A stretch of 63,759 bases of DNA, counting the filler, from Octopus bimaculoides (taxonomy: Eukaryota): NCBI RefSeq assembly GCF_001194135.2. It is 8 parts of 5 records of this genome, joined end to end, with 100 filler letters (N's around TTAATTAATTAA, not from the genome) between each part and the next. Parts side by side here need not be neighbours in the genome. Positions count along the whole stretch, not along the records: positions 48,660 to 56,360 come from NC_069002.1; positions 56,461 to 61,248 come from NC_068987.1; positions 61,349 to 63,759 come from NC_068988.1; 5 more parts are not named here. One strand, written 5' to 3'. This document shows, one piece after another, positions 52,904 to 63,759 of the stretch (the stretch's first letter is position 1; the number at the start of each line of letters is the position of its first letter). The notes under the pieces are model-generated. The model made no database searches and was not told the DNA's origin. It was given only the letters and a program-made list of their open reading frames with translations. The position numbers and the translations under genes are program-made.

Positions 52904-53222
52904 ATTGTAGGATCTCTAGGAATGATAAAAAAAGGTACTGAAACCTATTTGAAAATGATACCAGGCTTACCATCCCTACAGGAAGTGCAAAAAATTGTGT
53001 TAACTGGAACGACTCATGTACTGAGAAGAGCATTATCGCTATGAAAACAACATCCATTCATGATTTTTTTTTTTAAATACATATTTTACCTGTGAATTTG
53101 CGTGTGTAAACTGGGAATGCATACAACGAGTTTCTCTGCCCTAGGTGTACGGAAAACACTCGGCGAGAAATGGAAGAAAATTTGAAGAAAGAAGAAAAAA
53201 AAACACCATAATAATAATAATG
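52904..53222 (+). mobile_element. R4/Dong-clade LINE 3' end with putative 3' UTR running into (TAA)n/(CTA)n
   Basis: IVGSLGMIKKGTETYLKMIPGLPSLQEVQKIVLTGTTHVLRRALSL* (stop 53042-53044). Confidence 0.8.
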
Positions 53223-53223
53223 A

Positions 53224-53264
<41 letters not shown>

Positions 53265-53289
53265 ATAATAATAATAATAATAATAATAA

Positions 53290-53440
53290 CATCGAAAAAT
53301 ACCTTAGGAATGAGAACCCAGGTTCGAAATTTCCCCCAAGACACCTGATGAAGGCTGGAGGGTAGATCAGCCGAAACATTGTGTTAACAACAAACAAGAT
53401 GAGGACAAATATCCGTGAAATGTAAATAATGTAAATAATG
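53290..53440 (+). mobile_element. Second copy of the family E hammerhead 3' module, without adjacent tRNA head
   Basis: acatcgaaaaataccttaggaatgagaacccaggttcgaaatttcccccaagacacctgatgaaggctgg...aaatgtaaataatgtaaataatg. Confidence 0.85.
53340..53385 (+). ncRNA. Hammerhead motif, helix III palindrome broken (ACGT>ACAT)
   Basis: GACAC CTGATGA A GGCTG(gagggtagat)CAGCC GAAAC ATT GTGTT; the change is consistent with CpG decay. Confidence 0.6.
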
Positions 53441-53556
53441 AACACTATTCTAGCTCTACCTTAGAGCATTGAGCACTCTGTGATTCTGATGCATACACTC
53501 AAAACATAACCACGCTAACCTCATCACGATGATAATTTACAAAGTATTATCTACAC

Positions 53557-54150
53557 CAGTGGTTCTCAACCGAGATCCATATAACACCTAAGGGTCCATA
53601 TGAGATTATTTAAGTCGAGACCCACAGCCATGTATATCAAGGGGCCATGAAAACATCTTACTTTAAACGTATTTATTTTAAGAAACAGCCAGACGTATTT
53701 CTCTGACGTTTAAATAGTTCAACCTACACAAGTTAATGTGTGAAAAGCAAAATAGAAATTTTGAAGTAGGTATATATAAAACTGTGAGGGCGCGTGGCTT
53801 AGTGGTTAGGGTGTCAGCATCATGATGGTAAGATTGTGGTTTCGATTCCTGGACCGGGCGACGCGTTGTGTTCTTGAGCAAAACATTTCATTTCACGTTG
53901 TTCCGGTCCACTCACCTGGCAAAAATGAGTAACGCTGCGATGGACTGGCGTTTCGTCCAGCTGGGGAACACATAAGCCATTGAAACCGGGAAACCGGGCC
54001 CATGAGCCTGGTTAGGCTTTAAAAGGGCGCATTTATTATTTGATTTTATATATAAAACTGGTTTGTAGAACGTCGAATGGCTTTGGGGGTCCACCAGAAC
54101 AGAATAGCAATCAAAGGAGTTCATAGGGAGGAAATGGTTGAGAACTACTG
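53557..54150. mobile_element. hAT (Charlie-like) MITE interrupted by a SINE
   Basis: TIRs cagtggttctcaacc / ggttgagaactactg; 8-bp TSD atctacac / aactatac (6/8). Confidence 0.8.
53785..54046 (+). mobile_element. tRNA-derived SINE with 14-bp target-site duplication
   Basis: A box tggcttagtgg, B box ggtttcgattcc; TSD tatatataaaactg at 53771-53784 and 54047-54060; central ttgtgttcttgagcaa and ctgcgatggactggcg motifs recall CORE/Meta/V-type domains (from memory, unverified). Confidence 0.85.
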
Positions 54151-54663
54151 AACTATACCATTACGACCATCACCAGCCAAAGCATTATTCTCTCTTCTAA
54201 AGCCTTAACCACAGCATTCACCATTCCAGTTTTCAATCATTACTATTACCAGCTCCAATATTTCCAATAAACATTACAACTTCTTCCATCGACTTTACTA
54301 GAACATCTATTACCACAAATGGTTTATATAACAAAAACCGATACAAATGTCTACTGAATAATCATGTGCGTATGATTAAGTTAAGGGCTTTTAAAGAAGA
54401 TTTTTTTTTTTCCAAATAATTTCCTTTGCAAGTAACTCCGTGCCGAACCTTTCTGAAGTTGTCATGCATTGCGATTGTGAGTAGAGCTGTTAATTAAATT
54501 GGTTCGTCTATATGACTGTTGGCAAGGTATTCACTCTCATCGCATGCTTTTCAATCTAATTCTCTTATTTACACTCGTATATCTGTACACACACGCGCAC
54601 CGCACCCCACACACGCACACATGCACACACACACATGTATGTATATGTATGTAAGTATATATA

Positions 54664-54834
54664 GGCGCAGGAGTGGGTGCGTGGTAAGAAGGATTACTTC
54701 CCAACCACATGGTTCCGGGTTCAATCCCACTGGTTGGCACCTTGGGTTAGTGTCTTCTACTATAGCCTCGGGCCAATCAAAGCCTTGTGAGTGGATTTTG
54801 TCGACGGAAACTGAAAGAAGCCCGTCGTATATAT

Positions 54835-54912
<78 letters not shown>

Positions 54913-55005
54913 ACCATCGCTTGACAATAGATGTTGGTGTGCTTACGTTCCTGTTACATAGCGGTTCGGCAAAATAAACCGAGAGTATAAGTACTAGGCT
55001 TAGAA
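54664..55005 (+). mobile_element. Family A SINE, near full length, internal (TA)n(TG)n, cut by gap
   Basis: ggcgcaggagtgggtgcgtggtaag...gacggaaactgaaagaagcccgtcg(TA)n(TG)n...gcggttcggcaaaa...aagtactaggctt. Confidence 0.88.
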
Positions 55006-55974
55006 ANNNNNNNNNNNNNNNNNNNNNNNNNNNNNNNNNNNNNNNNNNNNNNNNNNNNNNNNNNNNNNNNNNNNNNNNNNNNNNNNNNNNNNNNNNNNNN
55101 NNNNNNNNNNNNNNNNNNNNNNNNNNNNNNNNNNNNNNNNNNNNNNNNNNNNNNNNNNNNNNNNNNNNNNNNNNNNNNNNNNNNNNNNNNNNNNNNNNNN
55201 NNNNNNNNNNNNNNNNNNNNNNNNNNNNNNNNNNNNNNNNNNNNNNNNNNNNNNNNNNNNNNNNNNNNNNNNNNNNNNNNNNNNNNNNNNNNNNNNNNNN
55301 NNNNNNNNNNNNNNNNNNNNNNNNNNNNNNNNNNNNNNNNNNNNNNNNNNNNNNNNNNNNNNNNNNNNNNNNNNNNNNNNNNNNNNNNNNNNNNNNNNNN
55401 NNNNNNNNNNNNNNNNNNNNNNNNNNNNNNNNNNNNNNNNNNNNNNNNNNNNNNNNNNNNNNNNNNNNNNNNNNNNNNNNNNNNNNNNNNNNNNNNNNNN
55501 NNNNNNNNNNNNNNNNNNNNNNNNNNNNNNNNNNNNNNNNNNNNNNNNNNNNNNNNNNNNNNNNNNNNNNNNNNNNNNNNNNNNNNNNNNNNNNNNNNNN
55601 NNNNNNNNNNNNNNNNNNNNNNNNNNNNNNNNNNNNNNNNNNNNNNNNNNNNNNNNNNNNNNNNNNNNNNNNNNNNNNNNNNNNNNNNNNNNNNNNNNNN
55701 NNNNNNNNNNNNNNNNNNNNNNNNNNNNNNNNNNNNNNNNNNNNNNNNNNNNNNNNNNNNNNNNNNNNNNNNNNNNNNNNNNNNNNNNNNNTATATATAT
55801 ATATATATATACGTACATATATATATACATACATGTGTGTATATATGTTTATATATTTATATATATATACATATGTACATATATATACATATGTACATAT
55901 ATATACATACATGTATATATACATATATATATTTATATATATATGAATATATATATAAATATAAGTGTATATGT

Positions 55975-56005
<31 letters not shown>

Positions 56006-56360
56006 TATACATGTAGCTACATAAACACAATGGTTGTCAGTCAGGATGTGTTTATAGACTCCGTCTTTCTATTGAAATGATGACTATGTTTAGCTCCAAG
56101 TGTTCTCTCCAAAAGTGTTCTCTACAAATGCATGAGCTGCCAGCAGTTCTAAAATCTCAGGCGTGTATGGCACCATTTCCATTAATAAATGGAAATATTG
56201 TTACATTGTTACATCTCGTATTCCATTCTTCTGGTTTGAAAAGAATCTAGTGGCTCGTGTTTCCATGCCAGCGGCCCTTCTTTTCGGTTTGTATGTATGT
56301 ATGTATGTATATATATATATATATATATTCATGTATATATATATATAATATATATATATA

Positions 56361-56460
56361 NNNNNNNNNNNNNNNNNNNNNNNNNNNNNNNNNNNNNNNN
56401 NNNNTTAATTAATTAANNNNNNNNNNNNNNNNNNNNNNNNNNNNNNNNNNNNNNNNNNNN
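56361..56460. other. Artificial scaffold-joining spacer
   Basis: 44 N + TTAATTAATTAA (56405-56416) + 44 N. Confidence 0.95.
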
Positions 56461-56556
56461 ATATAATTACTAACACGGACACACGTGTTTCAAATACTTA
56501 CAGGTATAGCTGTATGTATTTATATGCACGTGTGCGTGTAATCTATCAATCAATCA

Positions 56557-56618
<62 letters not shown>

Positions 56619-56749
56619 ATTAGAAAAACTAATAAGATACTCAGATATCTGGATGGTTGTACATTTACAGATTTCTATGAATATGTCACATGTTTTTATA
56701 AATTAGCGCTTGCATCTATTCTTGTAGATTCTCCAGATTTAATATATAT

Positions 56750-57112
56750 ACTCTTACTCTTTTACTTGTTTCCGTCATTTGACTGCGGCCATGCTGGAGC
56801 ACCGCCTTTAGTCGAGCAAATTGACCCCAGGACTTATTCTTTGGAAGCCTAAGTACTTATTCTATCGATCTCTTTTGCCGAACCGCTAAGTTACGGGGAC
56901 GTAAACACACCAGCATCGGTTATCAAGCGATGTTGGGGGGACAAACATAGACACAAACACATACATATAAATATATATACATATATACGACGGGCTTCTT
57001 TCTGTTTCCGTCTACCAAATCCACTCACAAGGCTTTGGTCGGCCCGAGGCTATAGTAGAAGACACTTGCCCAAGGTGCCACGCAGTGGGACTGAACCCAG
57101 AACCATGTGGTT
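56750..57112 (-). mobile_element. Family A SINE, 5'-clipped, low divergence
   Basis: Closely matches 41469-41887. Confidence 0.9.
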
Positions 57113-57238
57113 AACAACACATATTTATTGAGATACAGGTACATATATATATACATGTAAGGGATACAAAACCGGTGATTTCGATCTTCTAGATGAGTCT
57201 ATTTAGAACGGGTAAAATTCCCGAGATCCATGGACAAG

Positions 57239-57493
57239 TTATCTCCAGCGGTCTTTGTCCCTCATCATCGCTGCTATGTGCTGTGTCTTTCAGAGACCAG
57301 TGTCTGTCCTTAGAGCATCAACATATGTCATCCTCGGTCTCCCGTTTCTAGTGTGTCCATGTAGGGGCTCCCACAGGAGCACTGAGTGCAGTATCAACTC
57401 TGAATGACGGTGAGCATATCCAGCTAACCTCAGTCTCTGTGTTATTTTCAAGCTAACTATCGCGAGGCTCTTGTACAGCTCTGAGATCTTCAT
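57239..57493 (-). mobile_element. RTE-group LINE 3' coding fragment
   Basis: QRLRLAGYAHRHSELILHSVLLWEPLHGHTRNGRPRMTYVDALRTDTGL...MRDKDRWR*. Confidence 0.75.
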
Positions 57494-58105
57494 CCTCTAG
57501 ATGAGTATCGATCAGAAAGACCAACTGTTCTCAATAGTGAAGCAGTGAAAGTAGCAATTGGAAAGGATCCCTGTCAGAGCATCGGAGACTTATGCCGAAG
57601 GCTTTCCAAACCTTGCTTCACAAAACAAGATTGTCTCAAGCAAACTGGGAAAGTGTCTAGAGAAGGGAAATGTATACATCATGAATAAATTAGTGTGTTC
57701 AACAAGAACAGATAAATTCATCAGTCTGGGAAGCTCTACCTCAATCTCTCTTCTAACCGGACCTAGCACGGTCATATTTTCACTTATTCAGGTTACTGGA
57801 AAAAACAAACAAACAAAAAAAAAAGACAACAAAACATTCAGAAGCAGGGAGGAGGTCGAAATGGGCACTCCAGATATTTTTCTCTTCCATAAAACCATTT
57901 TTTTTTTGTCTGAGAAATCAGAAATCTGGTTTCGAAGCGGGAAAATGTTATTGCTAATGACGATGGCAATTATACTCTGCTGAAGCGTATTACTTAACCT
58001 CGTCATTACGTCATCAGGCGATAGCAAAGAAAGAACGAGAAACAAGTTTACTAGTACTTTATGTACAGAGTTCCCTTGCTGCCGATAATAAACAGCAAAA
58101 AGCGG

Positions 58106-58747
58106 GGATCTATTTTAAAACGGGGGCGCCAGTTTTCATTTATGTTTTATGTAGTGTTTTTGGTACCGAAAGACTTTCAAACTTCGTATATTTATCTATT
58201 TTGTGTTATAGAACAGAAAAATATTTTTGTATTCGAATTTATTTCATGTAAAAAATTGTCTTATTTCGATAATTTCTACTAATCACTGACGTCTATTCAG
58301 TTGAAAACAGTTAGCGCTGTAACGGTGTATATCGTATTAATCCACTAACCCTAACCCTAACCCCAACTAGACTGTTAACTCTAACCTAACCCTAACCCTA
58401 ACCATAAAACTAACCCTAACTCTAGAATCCGAACTCTAAAATTGTTACACACACAGATACGCACAGCGTAATTTATTATATAAACAATATATGCGTATAA
58501 ATTACGATTAAACCGGATGAAATATGTCACAGGGAATAACATTTTTATGACCGTCCTGCAGNNNNNNNNNNNNNNNNNNNNNNNNNNNNNNNNNNNNNNN
58601 NNNNNNNNNNNNNNNNNNNNNNNNNNTTAAGAAGACTAAGAGTAAAAGATGTTTTATATGACACATTCTACCAGTGTCCCAAGTTTCAAAGTGTTTCGTT
58701 AGTGTTTCGTTAAGAAAATACTGGCGCCCCCGTTTTAAAATAGATCC
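58106..58747. mobile_element. MITE with perfect 28-bp TIRs and perfect 8-bp TSD (Merlin-like), internal (TAACCC)n-like tract
   Basis: GGATCTATTTTAAAACGGGGGCGCCAGT 58106-58133 and its exact reverse complement 58720-58747; AAAAGCGG at 58098-58105 and 58748-58755. Confidence 0.85.
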
Positions 58748-59103
58748 AAAAGCGGAAATATCCAGACGCCTGATTCTAGCAACTCTACAAATCACACAAA
58801 GTTGATGCTTCAGTAACAAATTTAAGTATATTATTTCTTCACTCGAATATCGTTTGTGATACAACTACAGAGCCTATTCTACCACCACCATTTGGCTTTC
58901 TGAAATGGTCACTCTAAATTCTTAATGAGATGGATGTAAGAACTTGTAAACTTCTTAGAGTTATTAGATATTTCTACATAAGTGAAGATATAGGCTTACT
59001 ATATTTCTCACGTTAAATGCCGAATAGATTGATTGCCAGAGATCTTAGTCAGTGACAGAAAAAGAATGTGACTGCTTCAAAACTGTGAAACAAAAACAAT
59101 ATG

Positions 59104-59491
59104 AAACAAAAGCACTCAGAGAGCGCAAACCTCCGCCAAGACAACACCAACGTCTTCTCAACGATTAGCTAGATATCGTTTTTAAAATAAAAAATATCTG
59201 AAATAAACTCAACTGCTCTCACAAACGAGAATACTAAAAATGAACTCGACCGCTCTCAAAAATTAAAACAAAAAACAAAAAACAAAACAAGAAAAATAAT
59301 CCAGAATTCAGAATCCTTGTCCGGAATCGGATCGATCTCAAAATCAAATCAGTTCGTGCCAGTTTGCGAGGCCAAACATCTCTGAAAGTTTCATCTGAAT
59401 CCATCCAGCGGTTCTTCAGATATCTTGCTCACGGACAAACAAACAAACACGACTGAAAACAATACCTCCACCTTCACTATGGTGGAGATAA
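59104..59491 (+). mobile_element. Helentron-associated (HINE/DINE-1-like) non-autonomous element
   Basis: 5' aacaaaagcactcagagagcgcaaacctccgcc; (acaa)n near 3' end; 3' hairpin ctccacc/ggtggag 59466-59487 matching the 5' cctccgcc motif. Confidence 0.65.
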
Positions 59492-60218
59492 TGAATGACA
59501 CCATTAATAAGAGTGCTCAAGAAAATGACAAAACGCAATTATTAAGCCAAGAACTCATAACAGACTATTGGTTCCAGAAAATCACCTTTTATTGCCACGA
59601 AATAGCTTCTACCCGAGGGACAGAAAGCATCTGCTGATAACAATTGTCGGCTATGCTGAACCAAAACTGAAAACATTAGTCATATTGCTGTCAATCTCTC
59701 AGAACGTCCTCTACATATCATATTTCCATAAAGAATGAAGTGGCAGCCAGAACAATCTGAAATGGAGACAGGAGAAAAAGTAATAAGTTAAAAATCATAC
59801 CGAAAATGATGGATTAAAAGAATATTAGTGAAGCATAATAAACAGCAACCAAATTAAAACACAACCGACCGGATATTAATATCTGGGGGTCATAAAGTAA
59901 AACCAACAAAGAAACAAAATCATGAACTGTTGTGGAAATCAGTAGCCCAGATTATTATCAATCTGCTGTGAAAAATGCAGGGAATGAAGACCGTTAATGG
60001 GAATCTGTAAATCCACAGCTCAAAATACACTATCAGCTTTATACACATTATTTATTAATGAAGGATGCGTACCCAGTGTTTAGAAAGAAAAAGAACTAAC
60101 TATGTGCTCTGAGCTTGAGGAATGCTTGGTGACGCAAGGCAAGTTATATAATGTGCCTAATCACAGTGTATCCAAAGCAAGAAACTATTAGTAGCCCATA
60201 CTGTGTACATTATATGTA

Positions 60219-60490
60219 GGCGCAGGAGTGGCTGCATGGTAAGTAGCTAGCCTACCAACCACATGGTTCCAGGTTCATTCCCACTGCGTGGCAACTTGGG
60301 CAAGTGTCTTCTACTATAGCCTCGGTTTCTAATCTAGATCCAAGACTCCTTCATTGGAATTTCAGCATCAACAACAGGGTGTTTTTGTTTGTTTTTATGT
60401 ATGTATGTATGTATGTATGTGCAAATTTGTATGTTTCTTGCATGTATTCTCATGCATATAGTTGCGTATCTAGACAAGCTCATATATATT
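60219..60490 (+). mobile_element. Chimera: family A SINE head (60219-60325) fused to family F repeat (60326-60490)
   Basis: ...ctactatagcctcgg|tttctaatctagatccaag...; F part matches 28145-28385 reverse complement. Confidence 0.75.
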
Positions 60491-61215
60491 TAAATGATAA
60501 AGTTCTGGAAAGTTTTACAAATCTTTACAGTACCAGTGTTGGCTTGAATCTGTAGTGTTCAAATCATCTTTCTCCTTTCTGGTTTTGAGAAGCCTAATTT
60601 CTCAAGACTGGTATTTTGGCAATGTGTTACATATCCCAGCGTCCCAATAATTACAGGTATAAACCTGAACTTGCAGTCTATATCTAAGTATGTATATATG
60701 TGTGTATATATCTATCGATAGAATAAATATCTAACTGTGGTCGATTTGTTCGACTAAATCCCTTCAAGGCGGTACCCCAGCAGGGCCGCAGTCAAATGAT
60801 TGAAACAAGTTAAAGGTAAAAACTGATAGAAGAATACCTGGTCGACGGTTGATATCTCTTATTGAAATAAAGTATAACGGGTTTGTGTCTGAGTATTCAT
60901 TGAGTACTTTCTGGAAATGGGATTTCCTTGTTATTTAAGTGACAGTAACCGGAATATACATGCTTACATACATATATACATACACACACACATATACATA
61001 CGCCTATCTATCTATCTATCTATCTATATACACATCCACACACACAAATATGAATGCACATTCATTCGTACGCACTTAAATATGTGTATACACACACACA
61101 CACGTGACTGAAACAAGTAAAGATATTCATACATACACACATATATGTGTAAACACAGACAAAAAGACACACACACACACGAACATATACATATATACAC
61201 ACATATATATATATT

Positions 61216-61248
<33 letters not shown>

Positions 61249-61348
61249 NNNNNNNNNNNNNNNNNNNNNNNNNNNNNNNNNNNNNNNNNNNNTTAATTAA
61301 TTAANNNNNNNNNNNNNNNNNNNNNNNNNNNNNNNNNNNNNNNNNNNN
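61249..61348. other. Artificial scaffold-joining spacer
   Basis: 44 N + TTAATTAATTAA (61293-61304) + 44 N. Confidence 0.95.
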
Positions 61349-62042
61349 ATTTTAATAATTTAGAGAAGAACAGCTATGGTGCAACTCACACGATGAAGGA
61401 GATCAGACACCATCAAGAAAAGCGTACTATACAAAATACTAGTTTAAAAATCTAAAAAATCCAAGAGAAAATTTGTAATACATAAAATCTATGAAATATT
61501 GGACTAAAAATTTAAATCAGTTAAGTTTATAAAAACGAAAGTGGATGACAGACTACACACATTTCATGGCCACGTAAAAGTGGAAAATGTCTGGTCAATC
61601 TACAATGACTCGATGAAGATAAATACCACTCATAGTGAGGACACTCTTTAAGTCAAGTAACTTAAAAAAACGTATCCTAATATTTTAAAATGCAATAAAA
61701 TAAGATAAAATTTCCCCAATAGACGTTTTATGCCTTCAACTTAACAGATATTTATTGCTATTTGATTTTTATTATTATAAACCTTGACATTTTTTTTGTA
61801 CTAAATTTTGCTTAAACATACAGATTTTTTACTTTCTTATTTTATCTGCGTCTCTCTCACTGTCACCCACTCCCACTCCGCCTGTTGTTTTACTCTCCTT
61901 TCCTTGCTAGCTTCAAGCCTTTAAATGCTGCTGCCTGCTTTAGTATCTATCACTGCCACTTCCACTCCATCTGTTGTTTTATTCTTCCTTCTCTACAGCA
62001 TGACTGATATTTCATACATTATATGTAATATACACATTGGTA

Positions 62043-63220
62043 CAGAAGGTGGGTTTTCTAGAACACCTGGCTGCCTAGGGCACACAGGAGTGGTCAGACA
62101 GACCTTAAAAGAAGTGAAGAAAGGTGAGGAAGTTCCAGTGGTTCTGTGGCTGGATCTCCCAGATGTCTATGATCTATGCCACACATGCTGGTAGAGGAGG
62201 CTTTTCAAAGACACTACATCCCCAGGAAAATCACTAACCTAATTCTGGATTATGATTGCAACTTCTTATTGAGAGTCACCTCTGGACATACAACATCCAA
62301 GTGGCACAGGTTGGAAAGGGTATTATAACTGGCAGCACCATGTTTGTATTTCTTTTTGCCCTTGCCATAAACATAGTGGTCAAGTTGGTAGAGATGTAAT
62401 GTCAGGGGTCCCAGATGAAATTTGGCAGGTTACAGCCACTGATAAGAGCTTTCATGGACAAATTGACTGTAACAACAGCAACATTTGTTGTAGGTGGATG
62501 AATCCTTCATGGCCTCAAGAATGAACTTCAAACCGTCAAAATCCATGGGCAAGGATGAACTTCAAACCGTCAAAATCAAGCTCTCTTGTACTAAGAAAAG
62601 GGAGAAACGTGGAAGACCTTTGCTTTACTTTGTCCATCACTGCCAACCCAACTTTGAGAGAACAACCAGTCAAGAGCTAGGAGAAACTTTTTGACAGCAG
62701 CCTGAATGACGGAGTTTCCGTTTGCAAAAGCAGTGAATTCCATGAGAACTGGTTTATTAAGGTCGAAAATCCTGGGTGGCCTGGTCATTTCAAAGCTTGT
62801 GCATGCCAACATGTCATACTGCCCAGGATTTTATAACCCCTGTCATTATATGATGTCATCATGTCAACAGTGGAAACCCTGGAGAGGTAGAATTACAGCT
62901 TTTGAGGCAGTGTCACTCTGTACAGGCCAACCAATACCTTACAACCCCCATTCATCAGACTCTCAGAAGAGTTAATAGTGGCAAGAACAAAAGATGTCAT
63001 GAAGTACAGAGATTACAGTGACACATAAGTAATTGGAGTTGGTATAGAAGTTTACACAGGTAGGAAGTGGGGTGCTAGCAAGGAGTTGTAGGTGGCAGAG
63101 GAATGGTTGAGGCAGAGGACTCTGATTGGGACTGTGGCAATAGGGCAATCAAGCTTGCACTACTACCCACCCTACCAGATTGGAAGTGTCAAAGGAAAGA
63201 GCAACATTTACTCCAAGAAG
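62043..63220 (+). mobile_element. HERO-like (R2 superfamily) non-LTR retrotransposon, decayed RT region
   Basis: GGFSRTPGCLGHTGVV..., VLWLDL, KGIITG, LIRAFMDKLTVTT (FMDD motif degraded), RMNFKPSKS, TGRKWGA...RLRQRTLIGTVAIGQ, KEQHLLQE. Confidence 0.85.
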
Positions 63221-63759
63221 TTAGTATTGCAAACCGTAAGGTCATTTGCATCACAGAACTCCAGCAGCCTGGTTCCGTCCTCATTGCGGGAACCAAAACC
63301 ATAGCCTCCATGTACGCTATGGAAGCTCCGTGAATGTTGCCCAACATGACCATTGAAGTCACCAGCCACAAAGAGAAGCTCCCTGTCATTCGGCGGCGAG
63401 GTAGTCTGCAAGAGGGCATCATAAAATCGGTCTTTCTGTCCATCGGGTAGCCTGGGCTGAGGGGCCTAGGCTGAAATAATGGTGAAGGACTAATCTAATC
63501 TAATCTTAAGTATGCTATCACATACTCTGGCTACCTCGATTACCTTATCCACCCATTTCTCTGCAAGAAGTATACCCACGCCCCCGACCCCGTCTATGTT
63601 CCCTGCCAGAAAATCTTGTACCTGTGTTCTTTGCCTGTGAGGAACCTAGCAGAACCTCCTCTCCACCTTACTTCTTGGAGACAGCAGATATCGACACATC
63701 TCCGTTCAAGCATCTCAACAATCTCACCAGACCTACCTTTCAGTGTGCCGGTATATATA
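63218..63759 (-). mobile_element. RTE-clade LINE apurinic endonuclease domain fragment
   Basis: VDICCLQEVRWRGG...GVGGVGILL...LLFVAGDFNGHVG...HGGYGFGSRNEDGTRLLEFCDANDLTVCNTNF. Confidence 0.88.

Noticed and set aside
717-56002. Long ORFs in the supplied track (X-rich, YIYI, CVCV, THTH, LSIY)
   Set aside because: They read through N gaps and microsatellites; no domain content.

Overview
Animal intergenic/intronic DNA, saturated with microsatellites, tRNA-derived SINEs and decayed transposons. The repeat style suggests a cephalopod, probably Octopus (inference). No host protein-coding exon, real tRNA, rRNA or CRISPR array is supportable. The window is not contiguous: seven identical artificial spacers (44 N + TTAATTAATTAA + 44 N) join eight unrelated scaffolds, and there are many ordinary N gaps. 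Recognisable relics are an irritans-type mariner, two Tc1-like 5' ends, hAT-, Merlin- and Helentron-type non-autonomous elements, LINE fragments (R4/Dong x3, HERO, RTE x2, CR1), a Penelope-like RT + GIY-YIG element, three fold-back palindromes and a compound satellite with degenerate telomere repeats. The most interesting signal is non-coding: minimal type-I hammerhead ribozyme motifs with palindromic helix III in two unrelated short repeat families. One sits in a tRNA-headed SINE (25.4-25.7 kb; second copy of the module at 53.3 kb). The other sits in a 465-bp direct-repeat-bounded unit (36.2-36.7 kb) whose relative forms a fold-back with a head-to-tail junction at 40.8-41.1 kb. Together they suggest retrozyme-like elements, possibly mobilised by Penelope-like elements. 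All folds and alignments were done by eye and none has been tested.
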